Translations under genes and position numbers: made by a program
Source of the DNA: Nemertoderma westbladi
Taxonomy: Eukaryota > Animalia > Xenacoelomorpha
Reading direction: 5' to 3'
NCBI GenBank assembly: GCA_032718475.1
Contig: JAUCBJ010002074.1
Coordinates: 35,027-99,026 of the forward strand
Length of the DNA: 64,000 bases
The notes under the pieces: model-generated
Databases searched by the model: none
What the model was told of the DNA's origin: nothing
What the model saw: the letters and a program-made list of their open reading frames with translations, nothing else
In this document: piece by piece, positions 22,691-36,562 of the stretch
How the letters are laid out: each line of letters opens with the position of its first letter
Position numbering within the stretch: the stretch's first letter is position 1

Positions 22691-25600
22691 TCCGACACCT
22701 TCATACCAAACTATAGATTCGGACACCTTCATACCAAACTATAGATTCCGACACCTTCATACCAAACTATAGATTCGGACACCTTCATACCAAACTATAG
22801 ATTCGGACGCCTTCATACCAAACTATAGATTCGGACACCTTCATACCAAACTATAGATTCGGACACCTTCATACCAAACTATAGATTCGGACACCTTCAT
22901 ACCAAACTATAGATTCGGACACCTTCATACCAAACTATAGATTCGGACACCTTCATACCAAACTATAGATTCGGACGCCTTCATACCAAACTATAGATTC
23001 GGACACCTTCATACCAAACTATAGATTCGGACACCTTCATACCAAACTATAGATTCCGACACCTTCATACCAAACTATAGATTCCGACACCTTCATACCA
23101 AACTATAGATTCCGACACCTTCATACCAAACTATAGATTCGGACGCCTTCATACCAAACTATAGATTCGGACACCTTCATACCAAACTATAGATTCGGAC
23201 ACCTTCATACCAAACTATAGATTCCGACACCTTCATACCAAACTATAGATTCCGACACCTTCATACCAAACTATAGATTCGGACACCTTCATACCAAACT
23301 ATAGATTCCGACACCTTCATACCAAACTATAGATTCCGACACCTTCATACCAAACTATAGATTCCGACACCTTCATACCAAACTATAGATTCGGACACCT
23401 TCATACCAAACTATAGATTCCGACACCTTCATACCAAACTATAGATTCCGACACCTTCATACCAAACTATAGATTCCGACACCTTCATACCAAACTATAG
23501 ATTCCGACACCTTCATACCAAACTATAGATTCGGACACCTTCATACCAAACTATAGATTCGGACACCTTCATACCAAACTATAGATTCCGACACCTTCAT
23601 ACCAAACTATAGATTCCGACACCTTCATACCAAACTATAGATTCCGACACCTTCATACCAAACTATAGATTCGGACACCTTCATACCAAACTATAGATTC
23701 GGACACCTTCATACCAAACTATAGATTCGGACACCTTCATACCAAACTATAGATTCGGACACCTTCATACCAAACTATAGATTCGGACACCTTCATACCA
23801 AACTATAGATTCGGACACCTTCATACCAAACTATAGATTCGGACACCTTCATACCAAACTATAGATTCGGACACCTTCATACCAAACTATAGATTCGGAC
23901 ACCTTCATACCAAACTATAGATTCGGACACCTTCATACCAAACTATAGATTCGGACACCTTCATACCAAACTATAGATTCCGACACCTTCATACCAAACT
24001 ATAGATTCGGACACCTTCATACCAAACTATAGATTCGGACACCTTCATACCAAACTATAGATTCGGACACCTTCATACCAAACTATAGATTCGGACACCT
24101 TCATACCAAACTATAGATTCGGACACCTTCATACCAAACTATAGATTCGGACACCTTCATACCAAACTATAGATTCGGACACCTTCATACCAAACTATAG
24201 ATTCGGACACCTTCATACCAAACTATAGATTCGGACACCTTCATACCAAACTATAGATTCGGACACCTTCATACCAAACTATAGATTCGGACACCTTCAT
24301 ACCAAACTATAGATTCGGACACCTTCATACCAAACTATAGATTCGGACACCTTCATACCAAACTATAGATTCGGACACCTTCATACCAAACTATAGATTC
24401 GGACACCTTCATACCAAACTATAGATTCGGACACCTTCATACCAAACTATAGATTCGGACACCTTCATACCAAACTATAGATTCGGACACCTTCATACCA
24501 AACTATAGATTCGGACACCTTCATACCAAACTATAGATTCGGACACCTTCATACCAAACTGTAGATTCGGACACCTTCATACCAAACTATAGATTAGGAC
24601 ACCTTCATACCAAACTATAGATTCGGACACCTTCATACCAAACTATAGATTCCGACACCTTCATACCAAACTATAGATTCGGACACCTTCATACCAAACT
24701 ATAGATTCGGACACCTTCATACCAAACTGTAGATTCGGACACCTTCATACCAAACTATAGATTAGGACACCTTCATACCAAACTATAGATTCGGACACCT
24801 TCATACCAAACTGTAGATTCGGACACCTTCATACCAAACTATAGATTAGGACACCTTCATACCAAACTATAGATTCGGACACCTTCATACCAAACTATAG
24901 ATTCGGACACCTTCATACCAAACTATAGATTAGGACACCTTCATACCAAACTATAGATTCGGACACCTTCATACCAAACTATAGATTCGGACACCTTCAT
25001 ACCAAACTATAGATTCGGACACCTTCATACCAAACTATAGATTCGGACACCTTCATACCAAACTATAGATTCGGACACCTTCATACCAAACTATAGATTC
25101 GGACACCTTCATACCAAACTATAGATTCGGACACCTTCATACCAAACTATAGATTCGGACACCTTCATACCAAACTATAGATTCGGACACCTTCATACCA
25201 AACTATAGATTCGGACACCTTCATACCAAACTATAGATTCGGACACCTTCATACCAAACTATAGATTCCGTCACCTTCATACCAAACTATAGATTCGGAC
25301 ACCTTCATACCAAACTATAGATTCGGACACCTTCATACCAAACTATAGATTCGGACACCTTCATACCAAACTATAGATTCGGACACCTTCATACCAAACT
25401 ATAGATTCGGACACCTTCATACCAAACTATAGATTCGGACACCTTCATACCAAACTATAGATTCGGACACCTTCATACCAAACTATAGATTCGGACACCT
25501 TCATACCAAACTATAGATTCGGACACCTTCATACCAAACTATAGATTCGGACACCTTCATACCAAACTATAGATTCGGACACCTTCATACCAAACTATAG

Positions 25601-28600
25601 ATTCGGACACCTTCATACCAAACTATAGATTCGGACACCTTCATACCAAACTATAGATTCGGACACCTTCATACCAAACTATAGATTCGGACACCTTCAT
25701 ACCAAACTATAGATTCGGACACCTTCATACCAAACTATAGATTCGGACACCTTCATACCAAACTATAGATTCGGACACCTTCATACCAAACTATAGATTC
25801 GGACACCTTCATACCAAACTATAGATTCGGACACCTTCATACCAAACTATAGATTCGGACACCTTCATACCAAACTATAGATTCGGACACCTTCATACCA
25901 AACTATAGATTCGGACACCTTCATACCAAACTATAGATTCGGACACCTTCATACCAAACTATAGATTCCGACACCTTCATACCAAACTATAGATTCGGAC
26001 ACCTTCATACCAAACTATAGATTCGGACACCTTCATACCAAACTATAGATTCGGACACCTTCATACCAAACTATAGATTCCGACACCTTCATACCAAACT
26101 ATAGATTCGGACACCTTCATACCAAACTATAGATTCGGACACCTTCATACCAAACTATAGATTCGGACACCTTCATACCAAACTATAGATTCCGACACCT
26201 TCATACCAAACTATAGATTCCGACACCTTCATACCAAACTATAGATTCCGACACCTTCATACCAAACTATAGATTCGGACACCTTCATACCAAACTATAG
26301 ATTCGGACACCTTCATACCAAACTATAGATTCCGACACCTTCATACCAAACTATAGATTCGGACACCTTCATACCAAACTGTAGATTCGGACACCTTCAT
26401 ACCAAACTATAGATTAGGACACCTTCATACCAAACTATAGATTCGGACACCTTCATACCAAACTATAGATTCGGACACCTTCATACCAAACTATAGATTC
26501 GGACACCTTCATACCAAACTGTAGATTCGGACACCTTCATACCAAACTATAGATTAGGACACCTTCATACCAAACTATAGATTCGGACACCTTCATACCA
26601 AACTATAGATTCCGACACCTTCATACCAAACTATAGATTCGGACACCTTCATACCAAACTATAGATTCGGACACCTTCATACCAAACTGTAGATTCGGAC
26701 ACCTTCATACCAAACTATAGATTAGGACACCTTCATACCAAACTATAGATTCGGACACCTTCATACCAAACTGTAGATTCGGACACCTTCATACCAAACT
26801 ATAGATTAGGACACCTTCATACCAAACTATAGATTCGGACACCTTCATACCAAACTATAGATTCGGACACCTTCATACCAAACTATAGATTCGGACACCT
26901 TCATACCAAACTGTAGATTCGGACACCTTCATACCAAACTATAGATTAGGACACCTTCATACCAAACTATAGATTCGGACACCTTCATACCAAACTATAG
27001 ATTCCGACACCTTCATACCAAACTATAGATTCGGACACCTTCATACCAAACTATAGATTCCGACACCTTCATACCAAACTATAGATTCGGACACCTTCAT
27101 ACCAAACTATAGATTAGGACACCTTCATACCAAACTATAGATTCGGACACCTTCATACCAAACTATAGATTCGGACACCTTCATACCAAACTATAGATTC
27201 GGACACCTTAATACCAAACTATAGATTCGGACACCTTCATACCAAACTATAGATTCGGACACCTTCATACCAAACTATAGATTAGGACACCTTAATACCA
27301 AACTATAGATTCGGACACCTTCATACCAAACTATAGAATCGGACACCTTCATACCAAACTATAGATTCGGACACCTTCATACCAAACTATAGATTCGGAC
27401 ACCTTCATACCAAACTATAGATTCGGACACCTTCATACCAAACTATAGATTCGGACACCTTCATACCAAACTATAGATTCGGACACCTTCATACCAAACT
27501 ATAGATTAGGACACCTTCATACCAAACTATAGATTCGGACACCTTCATACCAAACTATAGATTCGGACGCCTTCATACCAAACTATAGATTCGGACACCT
27601 TCATACCAAACTATAGATTAGGACACCTTCATACCAAACTATAGATTCGGACACCTTCATACCAAACTATAGATTCGGACACCTTCATACCAAACTATAG
27701 ATTCGGACACCTTCATACCAAACTATAGATTCGGACACCTTCATACCAAACTATAGATTCGGACACCTTCATACCAAACTATAGATTCGGACACCTTCAT
27801 ACCAAACTATAGATTCCGACACCTTCATACCAAACTATAGATTAGGACACCTTCATACCAAACTATAGATTCGGACACCTTCATACCAAACTATAGATTA
27901 GGACACCTTCATACCAAACTATAGATTCGGACACCTTCATACCAAACTATAGATTCGGACGCCTTCATACCAAACTATAGATTCGGACACCTTCATACCA
28001 AACTATAGATTCGGACACCTTCATACCAAACTATAGATTCGGACACCTTCATACCAAACTATAGATTCGGACACCTTCATACCAAACTATAGATTCGGAC
28101 ACCTTCATACCAAACTATAGATTCGGACACCTTCATACCAAACTATAGATTCGGACACCTTCATACCAAACTATAGATTCGGACACCTTCATACCAAACT
28201 ATAGATTCGGACACCTTCATACCAAACTATAGATTCGGACACCTTCATACCAAACTATAGATTCGGACACCTTCATACCAAACTATAGATTCGGACACCT
28301 TCATACCAAACTATAGATTCGGACACCTTCATACCAAACTATAGATTCGGACACCTTCATACCAAACTATAGATTCGGACACCTTCATACCAAACTATAG
28401 ATTCGGACACCTTCATACCAAACTATAGATTCGGACACCTTCATACCAAACTATAGATTCGGACACCTTCATACCAAACTATAGATTCGGACACCTTCAT
28501 ACCAAACTATAGATTCGGACACCTTCATACCAAACTATAGATTCGGACACCTTCATACCAAACTATAGATTCGGACACCTTCATACCAAACTATAGATTC

Positions 28601-31600
28601 GGACACCTTCATACCAAACTATAGATTCGGACACCTTCATACCAAACTATAGATTCGGACACCTTCATACCAAACTATAGATTCGGACACCTTCATACCA
28701 AACTATAGATTCGGACACCTTCATACCAAACTATAGATTCGGACACCTTCATACCAAACTATAGATTCGGACACCTTCATACCAAACTATAGATTCGGAC
28801 ACCTTCATACCAAACTATAGATTCGGACACCTTCATACCAAACTATAGATTCGGACACCTTCATACCAAACTATAGATTCGGACACCTTCATACCAAACT
28901 ATAGATTCGGACACCTTCATACCAAACTATAGATTCGGACACCTTCATACCAAACTATAGATTCGGACACCTTCATACCAAACTATAGATTCGGACACCT
29001 TCATACCAAACTATAGATTCGGACACCTTCATACCAAACTATAGATTCGGACACCTTCATACCAAACTATAGATTCGGACACCTTCATACCAAACTATAG
29101 ATTCGGACACCTTCATACCAAACTATAGATTCGGACACCTTCATACCAAACTATAGATTCGGACACCTTCATACCAAACTATAGATTCGGACACCTTCAT
29201 ACCAAACTATAGATTCGGACACCTTCATACCAAACTATAGATTCGGACACCTTCATACCAAACTATAGATTCGGACACCTTCATACCAAACTATAGATTC
29301 GGACACCTTCATACCAAACTATAGATTCGGACACCTTCATACCAAACTATAGATTCCGACACCTTCATACCAAACTATAGATTCGGACACCTTCATACCA
29401 AACTATAGATTCGGACACCTTCATACCAAACTATAGATTCGGACACCTTCATACCAAACTATAGATTCGGACACCTTCATACCAAACTATAGATTCGGAC
29501 ACCTTCATACCAAACTATAGATTCGGACACCTTCATACCAAACTATAGATTCGGACACCTTCATACCAAACTATAGATTCGGACACCTTCATACCAAACT
29601 ATAGATTCGGACACCTTCATACCAAACTATAGATTCGGACACCTTCATACCAAACTATAGATTCGGACACCTTCATACCAAACTATAGATTCGGAAACCT
29701 TCATACCAAACTATAGATTCGGACACCTTCATACCAAACTATAGATTCGGACACCTTCACACCAAACTATAGATTCGGACACCTTCATACCAAACTATAG
29801 ATTCGGACACCTTCATACCAAACTATAGATTCGGACACCTTCATACCAAACTATAGATTCGGACACCTTCATACCAAACTATAGATTCGGAAACCTTCAT
29901 ACCAAACTATAGATTCGGACACCTTCATACCAAACTATAGATTCGGACACCTTCATACCAAACTATAGATTCGGACACCTTCATACCAAACTATAGATTC
30001 GGACACCTTCATACCAAACTATAGATTCGGACACCTTCATACCAAACTATAGATTCGGACACCTTCATACCAAACTATAGATTCGGACACCTTCATACCA
30101 AACTATAGATTCGGACACCTTCATACCAAACTATAGATTCCGACACCTTCATACCAAACTATAGATTCGGACACCTTCATACCAAACTATAGAATCGGAA
30201 ACCTTCATACCAAACTATAGATTCCGACACCTTCATACCAAACTATAGATTCGGACACCTTCATACCAAACTATAGATTCCGACACCTTCATACCAAACT
30301 ATAGATTCGGACACCTTCATACCAAACTATAGAATCGGACACCTTCATACCAAACTATAGAATCGGAAACCTTCATACCAAACTATAGATTCGGACACCT
30401 TCATACCAAACTATAGATTCGGACACCTTCATACCAAACTATAGATTCCGACACCTTCATACCAAACTATAGATTCGGACACCTTCATACCAAACTATAG
30501 AATCGGAAACCTTCATACCAAACTATAGATTCGGACACCTTCATACCAAACTATAGATTCGGACACCTTCATACCAAACTATAGATTCGGACACCTTCAT
30601 ACCAAACTAAAGATTCCGACACCTTCATACCAAACTATAGATTCGGACACCTTCATACCAAACTATAGATTCGGACACCTTCATACCAAACTAAAGATTC
30701 CGACACCTTCATACCAAACTATAGATTCGGACACCTTCATACCAAACTATAGAATCGGAAACCTTCATACCAAACTAAAGATTCCGACACCTTCATACCA
30801 AACTATAGATTCGGACACCTTCATACCAAACTAAAGATTCCGACACCTTCATACCAAACTATAGATTCGGACACCTTCATACCAAACTATAGAATCGGAC
30901 ACCTTCATACCAAACTATAGAATCGGAAACCTTCATACCAAACTATAGATTCGGACACCTTCATACCAAACTATAGATTCGGACACCTTCATACCAAACT
31001 ATAGATTCCGACACCTTCATACCAAACTATAGATTCGGACACCTTCATACCAAACTATAGAATCGGAAACCTTCATACCAAACTATAGATTCGGACACCT
31101 TCATACCAAACTATAGATTCGGACACCTTCATACCAAACTATAGATTCGGACACCTTCATACCAAACTAAAGATTCCGACACCTTCGTACCAAACTATAG
31201 ATTCGGACACCTTCATACCAAACTATAGAATCGGAAACCTTCATACCAAACTATAGATTCGGACACCTTCATACCAAACTAAAGATTCCGACACCTTTAT
31301 ACCAAACTATAGATTCGGACACCTTCATACCAAACTATAGATTCGGACGCCTTCATACCAAACTATAGATTCGGACACCTTCATACCAAACTATAGATTC
31401 GGACGCCTTCATACCAAACTATAGATTCGGACACCTTCATACCAAACTATAGATTCCGACACCTTCATACCAAACTATAGATTCGGACACCTTCATACCA
31501 AACTATAGAATCGGAAACCTTCATACCAAACTATAGATTCGGACACCTTCATACCAAACTATAGATTCGGACACCTTCATACCAAACTAAAGATTCCGAC

Positions 31601-32578
31601 ACCTTCATACCAAACTATAGATTCGGACACCTTCATACCAAACTATAGAATCGGACACCTTCATACCAAACTATAGAATCGGAAACCTTCATACCAAACT
31701 ATAGATTCGGACACCTTCATACCAAACTATAGATTCGGACACCTTCATACCAAACTATAGATTCCGACACCTTCATACCAAACTATAGATTCGGACACCT
31801 TCATACCAAACTATAGAATCGGAAACCTTCATACCAAACTATAGATTCGGACACCTTCATACCAAACTATAGATTCGGACACCTTCATACCAAACTATAG
31901 ATTCGGACACCTTCATACCAAACTATAGATTCGGACACCTTCATACCAAACTATAGATTCCGACACCTTCATACCAAACTATAGATTCGGACACCTTCAT
32001 ACCAAACTAAAGATTCCGACACCTTTATACCAAACTATAGATTCGGACACATTCATACCAAACTATAGATTCGGACACCTTCATACCAAACTATAGATTC
32101 GGACACCTTCATACCAAACTATAAATTCGGACACCTTCATACCAAACTATAGATTCGGACACCTTCATACCAAACTATAAATTCGGACGCCTTCATACCA
32201 AACTATAGATTCGGACACCTTCATACCAAACTATAGATTCGGACACCTTCATACCAAACTATAGAATCGGAAACCTTCATACCAAACTATAGATTCGGAC
32301 ACCTTCATACCAAACTATAGATTCGGACACCTTCATACCAAACTATAGATTCGGACGCCTTCATACCAAACTATAGATTCGGACACCTTCATACCAAACT
32401 ATAGATTCGGACGCCTTCATACCAAACTATAGATTCGGACACCTTCATACCAAACTATAGATTCGGACACCTTCATACCAAACTATAGATTCGGACACCT
32501 TCATACCAAACTATAGATTCGGACGCCTTCATACCAAACTATAGATTCGGACACCTTCATACCAAACTATAAATTCCG
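22691..32578. repeat. 28-bp satellite, about 350 copies
   Basis: ggacaccttcataccaaactatagattc with variants (ccgac, taggac, ctgtag, aatcggaaac). Confidence 0.99.
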
Positions 32579-32688
32579 GTAACCATGGTACCGACTATAG
32601 ATTCGACTCGGTGAAATAATAAACAAAAGTTAATGGCACAGAATTTAATTTTTGGAGTGTAAATATCTTAGTTACCATAGTTACTTAC

Positions 32689-32876
32689 CATAGTAAGGAA
32701 CAAGCCGAACTCCGGATCCATAAACACATTGTCACCGTCGGTAAATATAAAATGAGTTTTCCTCTCTTTCTTACAAGTTAGAATTATAGCAATTTGTTGG
32801 GCAGCAACAGAAAGTACCGGTAACTCTATCCGATTAAATTCATCGAAGCAACCCCAACTCCCAGACTGCGCTAAAC
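32689..32876 (-). CDS. DNAH5: Dynein heavy chain exon 5 in window (AAA1 Walker B)
   Basis: gcag|(G)[62 protein letters not shown]|gtaagt; 188 bp, phase 1/0. Confidence 0.96.
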
Positions 32877-33015
32877 CTGCGAAGGGGTATATTAGTTACA
32901 GATCAACTCCACAGAAATTAGTTCCACAAAAAGCATAAACATTATAAAAGTAACTAAATTGTTCAATAAATAGTCTGGCTATAGAAAATTCTTATTAACT
33001 TATTAATAATAATAA

Positions 33016-33048
33016 TACTACTACTACTAGGTCGAGCGAACTCGGACA
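33016..33048 (-). mobile_element. Very short 3'-end copy of the RTE-like LINE with (TAG)n tail, inside an (AAT)n tract
   Basis: tactactactactaggtcgagcgaactcggaca matches 54096-54172 and the 61-bp array unit. Confidence 0.75.
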
Positions 33049-33429
33049 AAATAATAATAATAATATTATTTAATAATTAATAATTCATTTTACTGTTATA
33101 TATAATTATTGATTATAATTAAATAAGTTAATTAAATAAGTGTATAGTTCCTTTAAAAAAAAAAATAATAATATGATTAGTTTCTACTAATCAGCTGCTA
33201 AGGCGCTGAACAACAGTTACCGTACAATTTACCTAATCAAACAACATTAAATAAAATGACTACTGTATATCTAAAATCGGGTGAACAGGTTAAAAAATTG
33301 TGTTAAAAATATTCAGTTCAATTAAAACAATTATTAAGGATTCAGTTAAAACAAGCTCTGGTGTGTAGTACGTTGGGATAAGATCTTGGTAAAATAATGT
33401 ATGAATGATATTATAATATGTGTGATGGA

Positions 33430-33545
33430 TTATCCATATGCTAGGGTGAATAGGTGTGTCTTTAGCTTCGATTTAAAAAGTTCCAGGCTGTCAAGGACCC
33501 TTATTCGTTCGGGCAATTCGTTCCATAACCGTCGTGGTGCTGAAT
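33430..33545 (-). mobile_element. CR1/L2-type LINE C-terminal fragment
   Basis: APRRLWNELPERIRVLDSLELFKSKLKTHLFTLAYG*. Confidence 0.8.
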
Positions 33546-33556
33546 TTATGTTCTGG

Positions 33557-33761
33557 TTGCGAGAAAAGGGACCTGGGGACCACATGGTCCATTTTGCGTT
33601 ATTAGACCTATTCGATGCAGAATTTTCTGGGCTTTCCGAATATCGAACTAGTTTTTTCATATCGTTTTTCGATAAAAAGGTATGAGTGTTTAAATAAAAA
33701 CAAAAATTAAAAACACAGGTCCCTTTTCTCGCAATCAATGTTAATTTTTTGATGTGGTCCC
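33557..33761. mobile_element. MITE-like remnant with inverted repeats
   Basis: ttgcgagaaaagggacctg (33557) versus caggtcccttttctcgcaa (33716); gggaccacat versus atgtggtccc (33752). Confidence 0.55.
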
Positions 33762-34025
33762 TTTCTGGCACCCCTCTCAGGCATTACCGCCACCACATAA
33801 CCCGCGCCACCTCGCATGGGTTCCACCATATCATATTCAAGACATCATCCCCGTTCCACCCCAGTTCGCCCGACTGTACCTGCCGCCACTGCCTCCAACC
33901 TGCTGCAACCCGGTACCACGCAATCAACTGCCCTGTCTGCCCACCTCTCGCCGAACTGGCCTTAACCCATTAAGTCCTAAGGTCTACATTTGTAGACCCA
34001 TGCAATATGGTGCTCTCAATTAAAA
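33762..34025 (+). mobile_element. 3' fragment of a LINE related to LINE-A/B (Cys/His C-terminal domain)
   Basis: HGFHHII...CTCRHCLQPAATRYHAINCP parallels LINE-A NGCHQRCC...CICKLCHRAADTNLHYTIC. Confidence 0.7.
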
Positions 34026-34303
34026 GCTGTACCAATTTATTTAATATTTTCACTATAAATCAGTAATCACTTTTACTATTATTATAATATTTGAATGAAT
34101 TTAATTAATTTTGAATTAAACTACTGATTGTTACCGTTGTGTGATAAATTACCGTTGTATAACCATTTACCCCGCTGGTGGTGTATAGATTATTATTATA
34201 ACAAGTAAGTTGGGTAACAATTTATTATTACGTCAAGATAATTTAAATTTCGAGACAGTTAACTAACCAGTAATAAAAAGGAGCCATGTTATATTATATG
34301 GTA

Positions 34304-35300
34304 TTACTACTAGTCGAGCGAACGCGGACAGTGGAAATGAGATCCTTCCAGGCTTATCCCGATTCTCCAACTACTACTAGGTCGAGCGAACTCGGACAGT
34401 GGAGATCCTTCCAGGCTTCCCGATTCTCCAACTACTACTAGGTCGAGCGAACTCGGACAGTGGAGATCCTTCCAGGCTTCCCGATTCTATTACTACTGCT
34501 AGGTCGAGCGAGCTCGGACAGTGGAAATGAGATCCTTCCAGGCTTCCCGATTCTCCAACTACTACTAGGTCGATCAAGCTCGGACAGTGGAGATCCTTCC
34601 AGGCTTCCCGATTCTCCAACTACTACTAGGTCGATCAAGCTCGGGCAGTGGAGATCCTTCCAGGCTTCCCGATTCTCCAACTACTACTAGGTCAATCAAG
34701 CTCGGGCAGTGGAGATCCTTCCAGGCTTCCCGATTCTCCAACTAATACTAGGTCAATCAAGCTCGGGCAGTGGAGATCCTTCCAGGCTTCCCGATTCTCC
34801 AACTAATACTAGGTCAATCAAGCTCGGGCAGTGGAGATCCTTCCAGGCTTCCCGATTCTCCAACTAATACTAGGTCAATCAAGCTCGGGCAGTGGAGATC
34901 CTTCCAGGCTTCCCGATTCTCTAACTACTACTAGGTCGATCAAGCTCGGACAGTGGAGATCCTTCCAGGCTTCCCGATTCTCCAACTACTACTAGGTCGA
35001 TCAAGCTCGGACAGTGGAGATCCTTCCAGGCTTCCCGATTCTCTAACTACTACTAGGTCGATCAAGCTCGGACAGTGGAGATCCTTCCAGGCTTCCCGAT
35101 TCTCTAACTACTACTAGGTCGATCAAGCTCGGACAGTGGAGATCCTTCCAGGCTTCCCGATTCTCTAACTACTACTAGGTCGATCAAGCTCGGACAGTGG
35201 AGATCCTTCCAGGCTTCCCGATTCTCCAACTACTACTAGGTCGATCAAGCTCGGACAGTGGAGATCCTTCCAGGCTTCCCGATTCTCCAACTACTACTAC
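34304..35300 (-). repeat. 61-bp tandem repeat (about 16 copies) made of an RTE-like LINE 3' terminus plus (TAG)n tail
   Basis: Unit actactactaggtcgatcaagctcggacagtggagatccttccaggcttcccgattctcca; matches the solo copy at 54096-54172, which reads MENREAWKDLISTVRVRST* (TAG)n on the minus strand. Confidence 0.9.
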
Positions 35301-35439
35301 TACTACTCCAACTACTGCTGTTCTCTCAGGCTATCATACAAGACTGGGCTGTCTGCTCTTCAACTGCTTGATTTGTGTTTAACCTACCGTTGCCTACTGC
35401 TGATATCCTGACATCTGTACCAAATACAAAATAATATTG

Positions 35440-36003
35440 CAATTCCAGAGCTACCCAAGCCTTTGCTTTCCTAACTTATATCCTTTTTGCTACTCTCTAT
35501 CCATGATCCAAGGTACTGGAAGTCATCAACCTTCCTTAGTTGATTATTATGAATGGTTGCCAAGTTTCCATCAACATTAAAAGTCATGAATTCGGTCTTG
35601 GTAGCATTTATTTGCAATCCAACCTGCTTAGCAGCCATCTCCACTTTATTTAGTAGAAGCTGTGCATCTGCTAGGGTATTAGAGAGCAGGGCGATGTCAT
35701 CCGCAAAGTCGGTGTCTGTGACTGTAGTTGCCGGATATCTACTACTTCTGCGTTCTTGAAGTGTGAATCCCAGATGTTCACCCTTTGTGGCCGTCCTCAT
35801 TGGGTGATCCAGCACAATTACAAATAGTAATGGTGCTAATGTGTCACCTTGCAGTACCCCAGCCAGGATTGAGAACAACTCAGTTTCACCATCTGGTGAG
35901 AGTACCTGCGCTTCTGTGTCACAATATAACAATCCAATGCCAGCAACAATTACTTCTGGTATTCCATAAGCTCTTAAGATTTCAAGCATTTTACCTCTAT
36001 GTA
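35440..36003 (-). mobile_element. RTE-clade LINE RT fragment
   Basis: ILRAYGIPE...GVLQGDTLAPLLFVIVLD...TDTDFADDIALL...GLQINATKTE...FQYLGSWI. Confidence 0.92.
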
Positions 36004-36383
36004 TGGTATTATATATATTATATTAAAACAACATGAAAATATAAAAATAATATTAGTTACATTGAAACAGAAAGAAACACTACGGAAGGAACATCATGCA
36101 AATGTAATCATACTTATTTAAAATATATCTATAAAAATAGGAAAAAAAAAATTATATTAATGGGAATGGTGAGGTGAGTTGATTACGTTAAATTGTAATA
36201 GAGAAACACCAACATTTAAATATACCATCCTATAATAATTATCATCATCAATTAAGGGGTGAATTCCACATCTACAGTGGGTGTTGATGATTACAAGTTG
36301 GTTGGGGGCGGGCTAGAGACAATACGGTGTACTTACTGTAGTACTTACAGTTCTCGTTGTATTGTAAATTATTGATGCCCTAC

Positions 36384-36562
36384 CTTTATATATCCTTCCC
36401 AGACCACGAAAATCCATTTGGTCGGAACAATTAAATACGACGACGTATTTGCCGAGACATCTCGCCATATCTTTCGTTGTTTCTGTTTTACCTGTTCCAG
36501 CAGGGCCTGCCGGAGCGGCCCCCATGTGGATAGACATTGACTGAGATATGGTGATGTAGCAT
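36384..36562 (-). CDS. DNAH5: Dynein heavy chain exon 4 in window (AAA1 P-loop)
   Basis: ttctag|(R)[59 protein letters not shown](G)|gtaggg; 179 bp, phase 2/1. Confidence 0.96.

Noticed and set aside
22691-32578. CRISPR-like array (28-bp repeats)
   Set aside because: Head-to-tail units with no unique spacers, no cas genes, eukaryotic intron context; the same applies to the other arrays.
32670-32692. Tandem donor duplication ATG|gtaagtaactATG|gtaact after exon 5
   Set aside because: The second site is weaker and 13 nt out of frame; too short to distinguish from chance.
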